A stretch of DNA of 35,462 bases from an uncultured bacterium (GCA_964449065.1 CAYVAZ010000012.1:1-35462); one strand, 5' to 3'; positions 1 through 9,671 are shown, numbered from the stretch's first letter. The notes: generated by a model from the sequence alone, not told the origin. A program made the numbers and translations.

Positions 1-1704
1 GGCCCAGGAAGCAGTCGCCAGCGCTGCCACCGCGCCAAGAGCGCATCGCCCACCCACGCAGGACAATTCGCTGGTCCCTGTTGATATTAGGTTCGACAAA
101 TAACCCGAAAACAATTTATCTAATGATGTACGGGTGGAAATGGTGTATGCATAACCGCTGTGCAGTTCTGCGGTTAGTGCGTCCCAATAATTGCTTTTCA
201 GGTTGGATGAAACAACTTCGAATTCATGATTCTGCAGATTGTACTTCGCTTCGATCGAAAATGGGTCGATGGCAAGTTCCAGCGGTGGATGAAATGGATC
301 AAGAGCAATGCTGCCGGCATCAATCATCAGTTCAGCTTGATGGAGGCTGTTTGTTCCTGCCGCTTCTCCAGTGAGATTCGCGTTGGTGATTGCGATTCCC
401 GGATAGGCGGCATTTGCATCACGCCATTCAAATTTCGCTTTGTAATCGTGGACCTTATTCGCGTTGGATACGATTTCTAAATCCGCAAATAATTCACCCG
501 ATAATTGCGTGTTCGGCAGTGACCATTCCGCGGGTATCGATTTCATGACCTGATGGATGGGAACATTTTTTACCGCAATTATACTTTGCATGTTCATTGC
601 TGGATCAAACAAATTGCCGACAGATTCGATGGCCGCGGTCCCAAAGATGGTATTGTTCAAATTCAACCGCAACGCTTGCTCGGAGGAATTATTTCGGGTG
701 TATGCCATCGTAATTTCACCGGGGGGAATTTCTAAATTCATACTTGATTCCCGAATACGATTGTGCTTTAGTTGAACCGCAGAATTTCGTAAAACCAATG
801 CTTCGTCCAATACGGCTGTGGCATTTACGGCTAAGGGATTGGCGATTTCTACCGATAAGAACGAGGCATGATTGATGGTTGTACTCGCGCACAGAAGATA
901 CTCCGTTTGATGGGCCGATTGATGGTCCGATACATTCATTTCTCCATCGACAATTGCTTGTCCGGTGTACCCCGGTTCCATCCACGCAAATTCATTCAGT
1001 CTTACTTTTACATTGCGGATGAGGTTTGGAAATTTGTTCCAATTTATCGTGCATCGCAAGGTGCCATCGTTTAAGGGAGAAAATACCGTCACCCTCGCTT
1101 CTTCATTCTTGTCTTGAAGATTCAAATCGGCATTGACTCGAACGGTCACGTTCTGCCACGGAAGAGATACATCGACCTGGTCTATGTGAAGAGACTGAAT
1201 GGGGAACGGCATTTCTGATTCCACGTGACTTCCCTGTGTTTCAGAGGGTACCGCCAAAAGTGTTTTCCCATCTACCGTTGCCTGGGAAACGGTAATATTA
1301 AACCTCGGGTTTAACAATTCCCCGATAATTTCAATTTCACCGGCTTTCACCGTACCCCAAGGGGATGAGATTCCTTGAAAGCGAAGAGTGGGTTTCTCAT
1401 TCCATAATTGAGTGACGATCAATGAATTGATCGTTATCTCTACATTGGGAACAGGGGTTTGCATCACAACCAAAAGATGAGAAAGCGTCATTTCTCCGAA
1501 AGGTCCGATGAAAACCCAGCCGGATTTCTGTATATCCACGCCGGTAGTCGATTGCAGTTTGTCGACAATATAATCCCGCGTAACCGGTAAATTACTAATG
1601 ATGTTCAAACTCCCCCAAATCAAAACGTAGAACAGGAACACGTATATCAACCAATGTTTAACGTGTTTCCGTTTTTTAGGGGGCGCTTCCAAATTCATAT
1701 TCAT
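1..1704 (-). CDS. Large membrane-anchored protein, possibly AsmA/TamB-like; truncated by window edge (>568 aa)
   Basis: Not in the ORF track. Manual reading gives ATG at 1704 (in-frame TGA immediately upstream) and no in-frame stop down to base 1. Begins MNMNLEAPPKKRKHVKHWLIYVFLFYVLIWGSLNIISNLPVTRDYIVDKLQSTTG: basic residues, one hydrophobic anchor, then beta-strand-like sequence. The ORF is solid; the family is a guess. Confidence 0.7.
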   Translation of the reverse strand, partial: MNMNLEAPPKKRKHVKHWLIYVFLFYVLIWGSLNIISNLPVTRDYIVDKLQSTTGVDIQKSGWVFIGPFGEMTLSHLLVVMQTPVPNVEITINSLIVTQLWNEKPTLRFQGISSPWGTVKAGEIEIIGELLNPRFNITVSQATVDGKTLLAVPSETQGSHVESEMPFPIQSLHIDQVDVSLPWQNVTVRVNADLNLQDKNEEARVTVFSPLNDGTLRCTINWNKFPNLIRNVKVRLNEFAWMEPGYTGQAIVDGEMNVSDHQSAHQTEYLLCASTTINHASFLSVEIANPLAVNATAVLDEALVLRNSAVQLKHNRIRESSMNLEIPPGEITMAYTRNNSSEQALRLNLNNTIFGTAAIESVGNLFDPAMNMQSIIAVKNVPIHQVMKSIPAEWSLPNTQLSGELFADLEIVSNANKVHDYKAKFEWRDANAAYPGIAITNANLTGEAAGTNSLHQAELMIDAGSIALDPFHPPLELAIDPFSIEAKYNLQNHEFEVVSSNLKSNYWDALTAELHSGYAYTISTRTSLDKLFSGYLSNLISTGTSELSCVGGRCALGAVAALATASWA

Positions 1705-1918
1705 TCAATCGGCTCAGCAATCAGGTTTAACACAACGTTATCAACAAAACGCATGTTGATTGATGAACGATATAAACCTAGGATTCTCTGCGTTTGTCTT
1801 ATATTTTGGCTTGTAATTTTAGCAAAAAACAAGCTAAGAATCTATTATGAAATCGATGTTTTACTGTAGCTAATGTATTACATCCATATCAATCATCTAA
1901 GACGAGAAGCGATTCATA

Positions 1919-2560
1919 TTATATTTCAGCATTACAGGCCTTGATCGCATGGTACACCAATTTGAGGGTAGAATTCAATTTCATTTTCTTTTTCATACGG
2001 TTTATGTAAGTATTGATTGTTGGTATGCTGACATCCAATTTATCGGCAATTTCTTTTCTAGACATTTCGCTGCCTAGCATTTTAAATACTTGATATTCCT
2101 GTTCGCTAAAAAGGGCAGCATAATCCGTTTCGTATGATTGTTTTGGCGTTTGCAACGATTTCAGCACGATCGCCGTGACCGTTTCGCTGAGATGCTTCTT
2201 TCCCTCCAACAGATGCGCGATGGCTTGTTTGACGGCCGGGGTGTCTTCGCGTTTGGATACATAACCGTCTGCTCCCGCGTCCAAGGCTTGGTTGATCATG
2301 CGGCTGTCTTCGTGCATCGATACCACCAGCACTGGCACCTGCTTGTGTTTGCTTTTGATGGCGCGGATTAAGTCAAAACTCATCGCATCCACCAGTTGCA
2401 AATCCGCAACAATAAAATCAGGCACCTGATTGCAGATAAAGGCTTGCGTTTCGGCCACGCTATCGAGTTCCAAAAATTGGGCATCAGGATAGAGGTACTC
2501 CAACAACCCGCGCATGGAATTCCGGAATAAGGGATGATCATCCAACAGTAAAAACAACAT
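1919..2560 (-). CDS. NarL/FixJ-family response regulator (REC + LuxR HTH)
   Basis: LLDDHPLFR start, phosphoacceptor in FIVADLQL, GADGYVSK, C-terminal HTH EIADKLDVSIPTINTYINRMKKK; GGAGAG RBS upstream. Confidence 0.93.
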   Translation of the reverse strand: MLFLLLDDHPLFRNSMRGLLEYLYPDAQFLELDSVAETQAFICNQVPDFIVADLQLVDAMSFDLIRAIKSKHKQVPVLVVSMHEDSRMINQALDAGADGYVSKREDTPAVKQAIAHLLEGKKHLSETVTAIVLKSLQTPKQSYETDYAALFSEQEYQVFKMLGSEMSRKEIADKLDVSIPTINTYINRMKKKMKLNSTLKLVYHAIKACNAEI

Positions 2561-2818
2561 ACAAAACTCTCCACGGCACGTTGAATTGGATTAAATTAAA
2601 TAACAAACCGAATATAACAGATTTATTTCGTACAGATAGTGCGGGCAATAATATCACTATTGGGTAAAATTATGGAGTAAGAGAAGATGTGTAAACCATG
2701 TCCTTGATTGAAGGGATTCAACTTAAAAACGCACTCTCTTCTCCCTCCAAGTTTAGGAATACTAATGCCAAGTTGCGATAAGAATGTTGGTTCAAATCGA
2801 GTGAGCAGAGATGGTCAT

Positions 2819-2851
2819 GGTGGGCTGCGCTTCGTTTTGAGTACATCCTAC
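2819..2851 (-). repeat. Degenerate GTAG-type REP palindrome
   Basis: 28/33 identical by eye to the palindrome at 33422-33454; overlapped and followed by a duplication of CCTACAGTTTCA (2847-2858, 2860-2871). Confidence 0.75.
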
Positions 2852-2909
2852 AGTTTCACCCTACAGTTTCATTATCCCGTATGGTTGCGTGAAAGATTTA
2901 TCATTACCT

Positions 2910-4016
2910 CTAAGCATCATTTTGCAGTTTGCTCCACTCTTCGAACGTATTGCAGTTTTTCCAGCAGCGCTTTAATGATTCGGGGATTGCAATTTTCTCG
3001 ACCTTTGCATGAGTCAGCAGCGGTTGAACAGAAGAATTCCCGGAGCGCACCCCGGATTCGATTGTTGACAGAAATTGCGGTTCATATAGCGCTCCCAATG
3101 GATGCGAAAGAGCATTCTCTTCAGGAACAATTGCCCACCGGCCTAGTTTTCGCTGTGATACCAGCCAGCGAATAGCATCTGCATGAAACAAGGGCATATC
3201 ACACGCAAGAAACAACCATGAAACATGGGGGTTCCACCGCATTGCCGCGAGCATCCCGGCAAGAGGGCCTTGGCAATTTGGAACATCCGGTATTCGAGTA
3301 ATCGCGTTGTTTGTTATACGATGATTTCCTAACAATACGGTAGGCAGATTTTCCCGCGCGCATTGTTTGATTAGATGATCCATCAGGGTTGAATCGCCCC
3401 ATTGCATACGATGTTTGGGTTGTCCCATGCGCTTGCTTTGTCCCCCAAATAAGATGCCGGCGTACAGTTTTCTTTCGGCCCATTTCTTTGAGAAACAATC
3501 GATGATCAAGTGTGCCGCGTAAGACAGCCGGTCATTCTTCCAAGGTATCCTTTGAATAATATTATGAGTAGACGCAGGAGGATTGCCTTTGGAAGGATGT
3601 TCCAGCCATAGTTTCGGCCAGGGAGAATCTTTGTGTCCTTCAATCAGGATACAATCTACATTTCTTGAGAGGGATTGTATCCAATCCCCTAGAATAAAAT
3701 GGTCCTTTTTATGAAAACGAATAAAGCCATGTTTTTGATCATGTGCCATTACATAAGACGCTCCTGCTGAAAAAAAACGGCCGCTGTCTTTATGCGGATG
3801 GTCGAACTCCAGCCGGTGCGCATCATGCTTCATGACAGCGACGGTTATGTTTTTTTTGTGAAGAATCGGAATAAGATTTTCGATAAGCCAGGTTTTCCCG
3901 GAGCCGCTCCAGCCGCATATAGATAAGACCAGCGGTTCATCTTGTTCAGTCGGCACCCCCCAATCGATTGCTGTTGGGTTCCTTGTTGAATGGCATCCGG
4001 ACGCGCGAGAAGACAT
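2910..4016 (-). CDS. mobB-mobA: MobB-MobA fusion (molybdopterin-guanine dinucleotide biosynthesis)
   Basis: N-half has the MobB P-loop GWSGSGKT, KHDAH and LIEGHK. C-half has MobA motifs GILFGGQSKRMG, GPLAG, LACDMP, HPLGALY and NCNTFEE. Confidence 0.92.
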   Translation of the reverse strand: MSSRASGCHSTRNPTAIDWGVPTEQDEPLVLSICGWSGSGKTWLIENLIPILHKKNITVAVMKHDAHRLEFDHPHKDSGRFFSAGASYVMAHDQKHGFIRFHKKDHFILGDWIQSLSRNVDCILIEGHKDSPWPKLWLEHPSKGNPPASTHNIIQRIPWKNDRLSYAAHLIIDCFSKKWAERKLYAGILFGGQSKRMGQPKHRMQWGDSTLMDHLIKQCARENLPTVLLGNHRITNNAITRIPDVPNCQGPLAGMLAAMRWNPHVSWLFLACDMPLFHADAIRWLVSQRKLGRWAIVPEENALSHPLGALYEPQFLSTIESGVRSGNSSVQPLLTHAKVEKIAIPESLKRCWKNCNTFEEWSKLQNDA

Positions 4017-4454
4017 ATCAACCGCCTATTGCTGTCGTTATTTCTCTGGATTCAAACGAGGTATAATCGGCAATTAGGGTCGTCGTTGATTTTTTTGACA
4101 TGGCGGTTTCTATCCCGGCTCACGTTTTCCGCAAGCCGCCTGATTTAGAAGTAGAGTTACAACGCGCTTGTTGTGTGCGATTGAACCGTCTCGGTAAATA
4201 GGTCTATCGATTTTACTCGTTTTATTTATGAACCGTGGTGCTCCATGAGGCATACAAAAGTAAAATACCGGCGCCCCATACATTTTTTCTGATTGATTAA
4301 TATAATACCAACAATCCCCCGTTTTAAAATGGTTTGTACCGGATATGCTTCCAGGCAATCGGGTTTCGGTTGTTCTGACGTTTGGACGTGTAGTATCGTT
4401 CACTTGGACACTTGCCCGAACCAAAATTCACTTACATTTTTTTTTTGACGAGGC

Positions 4455-4733
4455 TTAATCAAAGAGATCGTCGATGTTGAACCATACGTATTAACCCTGC
4501 GATTTAATACCGGTGAGATCGTGAAAGTGGATTTGCAGGACAAATTACAAGAATGGTCGCAGACGCCGGAAAGCAAGTTTAAGCCATTGTAAGATGAGAA
4601 ATATTTCAAAACCGTTCGAATCGATCAAGAAGCCGAAACGATTTTTTGGGATAACGGAATAGACCTTTGCCCGGATGTTCTTTATGAGATGGGAGAGGTT
4701 GTAGAAAAAAATCGGCAAACAACCTCAGTATAA
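4455..4733 (+). pseudogene. DUF2442-family (antitoxin-like) pseudogene
   Basis: Manual translation LIKEIVDVEPYVLTLRFNTGEIVKVDL...KFKPL*DEKYFKTVRIDQEAETIFWDNGIDLCPDVLYEMG matches the DUF2442 pattern (L.L.F..G, W.NG.D.CPD.LY). In-frame TAA at 4590-4592 and no start codon. Confidence 0.8.
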
Positions 4734-4750
4734 TTCTTACAAAATGATTC

Positions 4751-5110
4751 TTACAAATATTCCCGGTAATCGGTATGGAAAGCGGCGGCGATTTTCTTGG
4801 CGAGTTCCTTGCCGATGGGGCGTTTGTTGTTTTCCATTTCGGAGATGTGATGCTGCTTTACCCCTAATTTATCTGCTAGTGTTTTTTGGGTAAGGTTGGC
4901 ATTCTTCCGGTGTACCTTCAGCGTAATGCCGGGTAGATATTCCCTATCGATATATTCGTTTAAGGCTTCCATTGCGTTAACCGGTTTGGCTGTTTCTTCA
5001 AACTGAAAGCGTTTTGCTGTCTGCAAGAAGTTATCTTTTTGTTCTTTTGGCCCATATAAGACTACTTTAACGTTGTTATCAGTAGGGCGCTTTTTCGTGA
5101 GTACCGGCAT
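4751..5110 (-). CDS. higA: XRE-family HTH antitoxin (HigA-like)
   Basis: C-terminal HTH_3 LTQKTLADKLGVKQHHISEMENNKRPIG; overlaps the 3' end of the upstream toxin gene by 32 nt. Confidence 0.82.
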   Translation of the reverse strand: MPVLTKKRPTDNNVKVVLYGPKEQKDNFLQTAKRFQFEETAKPVNAMEALNEYIDREYLPGITLKVHRKNANLTQKTLADKLGVKQHHISEMENNKRPIGKELAKKIAAAFHTDYREYL

Positions 5111-5369
5111 AGATAATCTCCACTAAACGAACTTCGTTTTCTATCACTTTCCAAACGGCAACATAAGTGGGCTTGCCCTTATGGAGATGGCAGTGATGCG
5201 TTTTGTTATCCAACTTAGAATAGTTTTTCCACTCACCTCTAACCGGTCCTCTATACGTTATATCCCGAACCAGAACCGCAAGCCTTTCCCGGATAGCATG
5301 CGGCAATTTGCGAAGTGATTTATGGACATTTGGACTGAATGTCACCGTCCATTCAATTCCTTTTGCCAT
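5079..5369 (-). CDS. higB: RelE/HigB-superfamily type II toxin
   Basis: 96 aa, basic; WTVTFSPNVHKSLRKLP N-terminus and VEIIYAGTHE C-terminus; toxin-first order with an XRE antitoxin. Confidence 0.8.
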   Translation of the reverse strand: MAKGIEWTVTFSPNVHKSLRKLPHAIRERLAVLVRDITYRGPVRGEWKNYSKLDNKTHHCHLHKGKPTYVAVWKVIENEVRLVEIIYAGTHEKAPY

Positions 5370-5375
5370 AGTGAT

Positions 5376-5403
5376 ATCATACCATTCAGTGGTATAATTT
5401 CAA
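5376..5403 (-). promoter_or_regulatory. Sigma70 promoter with operator palindrome for the higBA-like operon
   Basis: Minus strand TTGAAA-16 nt-TATGAT with a TGn extension, ending 6 nt before the ATG at 5369. Palindrome ATACCA-N5-TGGTAT (5379-5395) covers the spacer and overlaps the -10. Confidence 0.7.
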
Positions 5404-5502
5404 CCGGATATTTTTAGGGTTATTTTCAGTTTGTTATGTCGTGGACATAATATATTTCGCGGACAGCCTCAACCCAACAAACCCACTGCCTGAAAAAGTC
5501 GA

Positions 5503-5539
5503 TTGTCTCTTCAATCCGTTGTGCTATATTGAGTCAATA
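5503..5539 (+). promoter_or_regulatory. Putative vapBC promoter and operator
   Basis: TTGTCT(5503)-16 nt-TATATT(5525) with TGn extension; perfect palindrome TATTGA-G-TCAATA at 5527-5539. Confidence 0.5.
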
Positions 5540-5563
5540 ACACCAAATGCATTCGAGGCCATT

Positions 5564-5854
5564 ATGAACATCACACTCACACCGGAAATAGAAGAAGCGC
5601 TGGCCGAAAAAGCCAGCCAAGCGGGGGTTGCGCCGGAAGAATTGGCGTTGGATATCTTGCGGAAGCAGGTTGCGCCGCAGTTGGATGAAGAGAAACCTGT
5701 GAATAGCGGTAGGACAATGTATGATCGCTTTAAAGATCACATTGGAGTGATCAGTTATGGCAAACTCTCGGAAGATGGTACTCCACTTTCGATAAATTGC
5801 GGTAAAAAATTTGCTGAAGGTATGATGGAAAAATATAAACAAGGCAAATTATGA
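5564..5854 (+). CDS. Antitoxin, VapB-like (RHH-type N-terminus)
   Basis: Start moved from 5441 to ATG 5564 (GAGG RBS); MNITLTPEIEEALAEKASQAGVAPEELALDILRK; ATGA overlap with the PIN gene. Confidence 0.75.
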   Translation: MNITLTPEIEEALAEKASQAGVAPEELALDILRKQVAPQLDEEKPVNSGRTMYDRFKDHIGVISYGKLSEDGTPLSINCGKKFAEGMMEKYKQGKL

Positions 5855-6261
5855 TTCTCATCGATACCGGCCCTTTAATTGCATTATTGGACAATAGGGA
5901 TTTATACCACGAACAATGCTTAGAACTGTTTAATCAAAGGCCTGATCAAAATGCTATTACTACCTGGCCATGTTTTACAGAAACAATGTAATTCCTTAGT
6001 GAAGTAGGGGGATATCATTTTCGTTTAAAACTTTGGAAATTGTACTTTGATGGATTACTCAAACTGCATAATTTATCCCCAAATGAAATCAACCGAATGG
6101 CAGTTTTGATGGAAAAGTATCATGACACTCCAATGGATTTAGCCGATGCGTCCTTGGTGGCGATGGCGGAGCGGTTTTTCTTTAAGCAAATATTTGCGCT
6201 GGATAGTGATTTCAATATCTACCGGTTGGTAGATGGCAACGCGTTGGAAATTGTTCCATAA
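5851..6261 (+). pseudogene. vapC: VapC PIN-domain toxin with premature stop
   Basis: MILIDTGPLIALLD...TTWPCFTETM*FL...MDLADASLVAMAE...IFALDSDFNIYR. PIN acidic motifs are present; single in-frame TAA at 5989-5991. The track shows only the 3' fragment 6040-6261. Confidence 0.88.
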
Positions 6262-6272
6262 GTTGTGGCTGA

Positions 6273-6857
6273 TTATGAATACTTCGTTTTTGTTCCGAAT
6301 ATATTTGAAACAGAAATGGAGAAATCCGGGAAGGCTAGCGGGGTGATGGCGTCTTGATTTTTATGCGTTTTAACTTCTTGATACGTTTTTCCATTGGAAA
6401 AGCGAAAGGTTTGTGTTGTGTTGGAATTCAAATCCACAATCCAAAGGTCACTGATTTGTGATTTTGCGTATAGCGGAACTTTTATGGTTTTGTCATAAGT
6501 AAGGGAAGTATCCGCTACTTCGATGACCAGCAGTGCATCTTCATCCGACGGTCTTTTGGATTCGTAACAGTCTTCCAGGTATTTCAGCAAAACGATATCC
6601 GGTTCGGGTTCATTGTGGTTGTTGACGATCAATGGATCTTGCACACTGATGAGGGTTTGGTTGTTTTGGACGAGAGATGAAAACAGTTTAATTAAGCGTT
6701 TTACACATGCAGTGTGGCGCAATCCGATGGGAGACATGGATACGATTTTTCCCTCTATGAGTTCAACCCGGTCATCCTCATGTAAAATACCGGATTCACC
6801 CATACGGTGATATTCGTCAATTGTAAATTGTCTTTGTGTCAAAACTGATGTAACCAT
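6273..6857 (-). CDS. Uma2-family (DUF820) PD-(D/E)XK endonuclease
   Basis: FTIDEYHRM, RVELIEG, EPEPDIVLL, LVIEVADTSL, K.PLYA, WIVDL motifs. Confidence 0.93.
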   Translation of the reverse strand: MVTSVLTQRQFTIDEYHRMGESGILHEDDRVELIEGKIVSMSPIGLRHTACVKRLIKLFSSLVQNNQTLISVQDPLIVNNHNEPEPDIVLLKYLEDCYESKRPSDEDALLVIEVADTSLTYDKTIKVPLYAKSQISDLWIVDLNSNTTQTFRFSNGKTYQEVKTHKNQDAITPLAFPDFSISVSNIFGTKTKYS

Positions 6858-6952
6858 TTCTCTGCCTACATTGTGGATGTATTCAAATCATACCATAAAA
6901 ATGAGAATGTGGAGAGATTTACGTTTTTAATAATGGCAGACAAAAATAAAAA

Positions 6953-6986
6953 GATGGGGTTAGTGAAGGGTCTTAATCCATCCTAC
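6953..6986 (-). repeat. Degenerate GTAG-type REP palindrome
   Basis: Minus strand GTAG-GATGGATTAAG-N8-CTAACCCCATC, starting 5 nt after the stop codon at 6992. Confidence 0.55.
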
Positions 6987-6991
6987 AATCC

Positions 6992-7522
6992 TCAATTCTC
7001 GTAGTGATACCCCTGCTCAAAGGCTTCCAGGTTTTTGTCGACTGTTTTTGGGGGGACGGTCTCGGCGATGGCTTTTTGAATGGCTTCCTTTGATATGCTG
7101 GTGCATTGTTTGGACAGGCATCCCAGCATCACCATATTGAGCATCATGCGGCCGCCCAGTTCTTCTGCCATGCGTGTGCAGGGAATCCCGACGCGTTTGA
7201 CGGTTTCGTTGCTGTGGGGTTCAACCAAATCGCTTTCGTAAATCAACACGCCGTCACCGGCCAAATCGCGGTAATACTTTTCTTCGCTTGCTTTTGACAT
7301 GGCCAGCAGATAATCCAGATGGGTAACATAGGGATAGGTAATCGGTTCATCGGAAATTAAAAGCTGCGCGCTGCATGATCCCCCGCGTGCTTCGGGGCCG
7401 TAACTGCGGCTCATGCACGCATGTTGGTTGTCAAAAATAGCCCCGGCCTTGCCGAGGATGGTTCCGGCCATGATAACGCCTTGGCCGCCGAAACCGGCTA
7501 CGCGAATTTGGGTTAAGCTCAT
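6992..7522 (-). CDS. korC: 2-oxoacid:ferredoxin oxidoreductase gamma subunit
   Basis: Start reset to ATG 7522 (ATGA overlap with the beta gene); IRVAGFGGQG, SYGPEARGG, NMVMLG. Confidence 0.92.
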   Translation of the reverse strand: MSLTQIRVAGFGGQGVIMAGTILGKAGAIFDNQHACMSRSYGPEARGGSCSAQLLISDEPITYPYVTHLDYLLAMSKASEEKYYRDLAGDGVLIYESDLVEPHSNETVKRVGIPCTRMAEELGGRMMLNMVMLGCLSKQCTSISKEAIQKAIAETVPPKTVDKNLEAFEQGYHYEN

Positions 7523-8445
7523 ACCACGGCTCCTTGATACGGCACATATTGTTCGCCTAAACTTTGCTGCAATTGCGCTTCCATCGACTCTAAAAACGTG
7601 GGTTGTTCGCGGTCGATGAATTTGCCAATGATAATTTCTTGTCCGGGAATAATATGCGCGTCTTTGGGGTCGATACCGTTTTTGATTTTGCACACGTCTT
7701 TGAACATCTTCATTTCTTCCAACCCGGTCCGGAAATGATTGCGCCGCCCGTAAAGTGTGGGGCAGGGAGAGAGTACTTCGACGAACGAAAATCCCTTTTT
7801 GCTCATCATCTCTTTAAAGGTTCTTTGCAAGGATTTCGCGTGGTAGGTCGTCCAGCGCGCGATGTAGGTACCGCCGAAGGCATCGACCAAATGCGAGAGG
7901 TTGAATTGCTCTAAGAAAAAGCCGTAGGGTGTGGTGGATGCAATGGTCCCGCGCGGTGTGGTGGGGGCGGCTTGGCCTCCGGTCATGGAGTAGACGAAGT
8001 TGTTGATGCAGACCACTTTGATATCAAAGTTGCGGCGCGCGGCGTGCAGCAGGTGGTTGCCTCCAATGGCGGAAAGATCGCCGTCTCCACTGATGACGAC
8101 TACGTTTAATTTGGGGTTCGCCAGTTTCAAACCGATGGCGAAAGGGATGGCGCGGCCATGGGTGGTGTGAAATGAATCGAGATTGAGGTACCCCGCCACA
8201 CGGCCGCTGCAGCCGATGCCGGAGACCACGCTGATGTTGTTTTTCTCGATATCGGAATCAATCAATGCGCGGATGAAGACGTTGACCGCCGTTCCAATAC
8301 CGCAGCCCGCGCACCATATATGCGGTATGCGGTCCATACGCAGATACGATTCAAGTTGCTTGGAAAACGCATCCTCTTTTTCAATTACGGGATTTCCCAA
8401 ATGTTCTAATTTTTCTTCCGCTGCTTCTAACGACTTTCCAGACAC
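7519..8445 (-). CDS. korB: 2-oxoacid:ferredoxin oxidoreductase beta (TPP-binding) subunit
   Basis: PHIWCAGCG, SGIGCS, HTTHGRA, GDGD...GGNH...NN TPP motif, SPCPT. Confidence 0.94.
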   Translation of the reverse strand: MSGKSLEAAEEKLEHLGNPVIEKEDAFSKQLESYLRMDRIPHIWCAGCGIGTAVNVFIRALIDSDIEKNNISVVSGIGCSGRVAGYLNLDSFHTTHGRAIPFAIGLKLANPKLNVVVISGDGDLSAIGGNHLLHAARRNFDIKVVCINNFVYSMTGGQAAPTTPRGTIASTTPYGFFLEQFNLSHLVDAFGGTYIARWTTYHAKSLQRTFKEMMSKKGFSFVEVLSPCPTLYGRRNHFRTGLEEMKMFKDVCKIKNGIDPKDAHIIPGQEIIIGKFIDREQPTFLESMEAQLQQSLGEQYVPYQGAVV

Positions 8446-9602
8446 GATTCAGCCTCCATAATAGCGTTTACGATCTCTTCGGGACGGTGTACGGCACCGC
8501 CGGCGTTCAATACGGGAATGACCCGGCAGGCGCCATGCGCATGCCGTTCGACTTCCCGCAGCATTTGTCCCATATTCATTTCAACCATAACGATGGCTCG
8601 ACATTTCTTTGCGAGTTCCTGAACACGTTGTTCCGGGAACGGCCACGCGGTTTTGAGCCGCATCATGCCAATGCTGATCCCGCGGGATTTTGCGGAGTGC
8701 ATAGCCTGCATAGCCACCCGTGAACTGATGCCGTACGAGACCACAGCTATATCGGCGTCATCTAAATCGATCTCTTCCACTTCGATGATCTCGTGAGTGG
8801 ATAGGCGGATTTTATCCATCAAGCGCTGAACCAAGTCTTGGTGAACATCGGCTTGCATGGCAGGGTAGCCGCGTTCATCATGCGTTAAGCCGGTAACGTG
8901 GATGTTGTGGCCTAACCCGGCGCGCGTTATTTTTGGAACCATGCCTTCCATTTCGCTGTAGGGGTAGAATTCGCCGGGTTTGCGGCCGGTATAATGGCGC
9001 GGTTCGAGTTTGATATCATCCGCGGGAGGGATCACCACTTTTTCCATCATGTGGCCGATGCATTCATCCATCATCAGAAATACGGGTGTGCGGTATTTCT
9101 CGGCCAAATTGAATGCCTGGATGGTCATATCAAAGCATTCTTGCGGCGAATTGGGACATAGCGCGATGGTTTCGAAGTCGCCATGCGAACCCCAGCGAAC
9201 CTGCATCATATCCTGCTGGCCGGGAAGAGTGGGCAATCCGGTAGAGGGGCCGCCGCGCTGTACGTTAACGAACACACAGGGTGTTTCGGTCATGATGGCG
9301 TAACCGATGTGCTCCATCATGAGTGAAAACCCGGGGCCGGATGTCACGGTCATGGTTTTGGCGCCCCCCCATGCCGCACCGAGAATGGTGATGGAGGAGG
9401 CGATTTCGTCTTCCATTTGGATGAACATGCCGCCGATTTTGGGGAACCGTCTGGCAAGCAGTTCAACGACTTCGGTGGAGGGGGTGATGGGGTAGCCGGC
9501 ACAAAACCGGCATCCTGCCGCAATGGCGCCTTCGGCACAGGCGCTGTCTCCGTCTAGGAAGTGCGTGCCTGCGCGGACGGCTTTGGAGTCCGCTGATAAC
9601 AT
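8427..9602 (-). CDS. korA: 2-oxoacid:ferredoxin oxidoreductase alpha subunit (no fused gamma domain)
   Basis: GYPITP, QMEDEIAS, TSGPGFSLM, QRGGPSTGLPT, VEMNMGQ; start reset to ATG 9602 with GAGGT RBS. 2-oxoglutarate specificity is inferred, not shown. Confidence 0.94.
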   Translation of the reverse strand: MLSADSKAVRAGTHFLDGDSACAEGAIAAGCRFCAGYPITPSTEVVELLARRFPKIGGMFIQMEDEIASSITILGAAWGGAKTMTVTSGPGFSLMMEHIGYAIMTETPCVFVNVQRGGPSTGLPTLPGQQDMMQVRWGSHGDFETIALCPNSPQECFDMTIQAFNLAEKYRTPVFLMMDECIGHMMEKVVIPPADDIKLEPRHYTGRKPGEFYPYSEMEGMVPKITRAGLGHNIHVTGLTHDERGYPAMQADVHQDLVQRLMDKIRLSTHEIIEVEEIDLDDADIAVVSYGISSRVAMQAMHSAKSRGISIGMMRLKTAWPFPEQRVQELAKKCRAIVMVEMNMGQMLREVERHAHGACRVIPVLNAGGAVHRPEEIVNAIMEAESCLESR

Positions 9603-9671
9603 GATGCTTACCTCAGTTGCTTGCGCATACAATAAATATATTCATAAAAACGGTCGGGATTTTAAGCCGCT

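Noticed and set aside
4110..4424. 104-aa minus-strand ORF, or a Moco riboswitch upstream of mobB-mobA
   Set aside because: No RBS or recognisable motifs, and I could not identify the Moco RNA consensus; an Rfam scan would settle it.
4590..5991. Stop-codon recoding explaining the two in-frame TAA codons
   Set aside because: TAA terminates many intact genes in this window (e.g. M32, Gfo/Idh/MocA, DoxX), so nonsense mutation or sequencing error is simpler.
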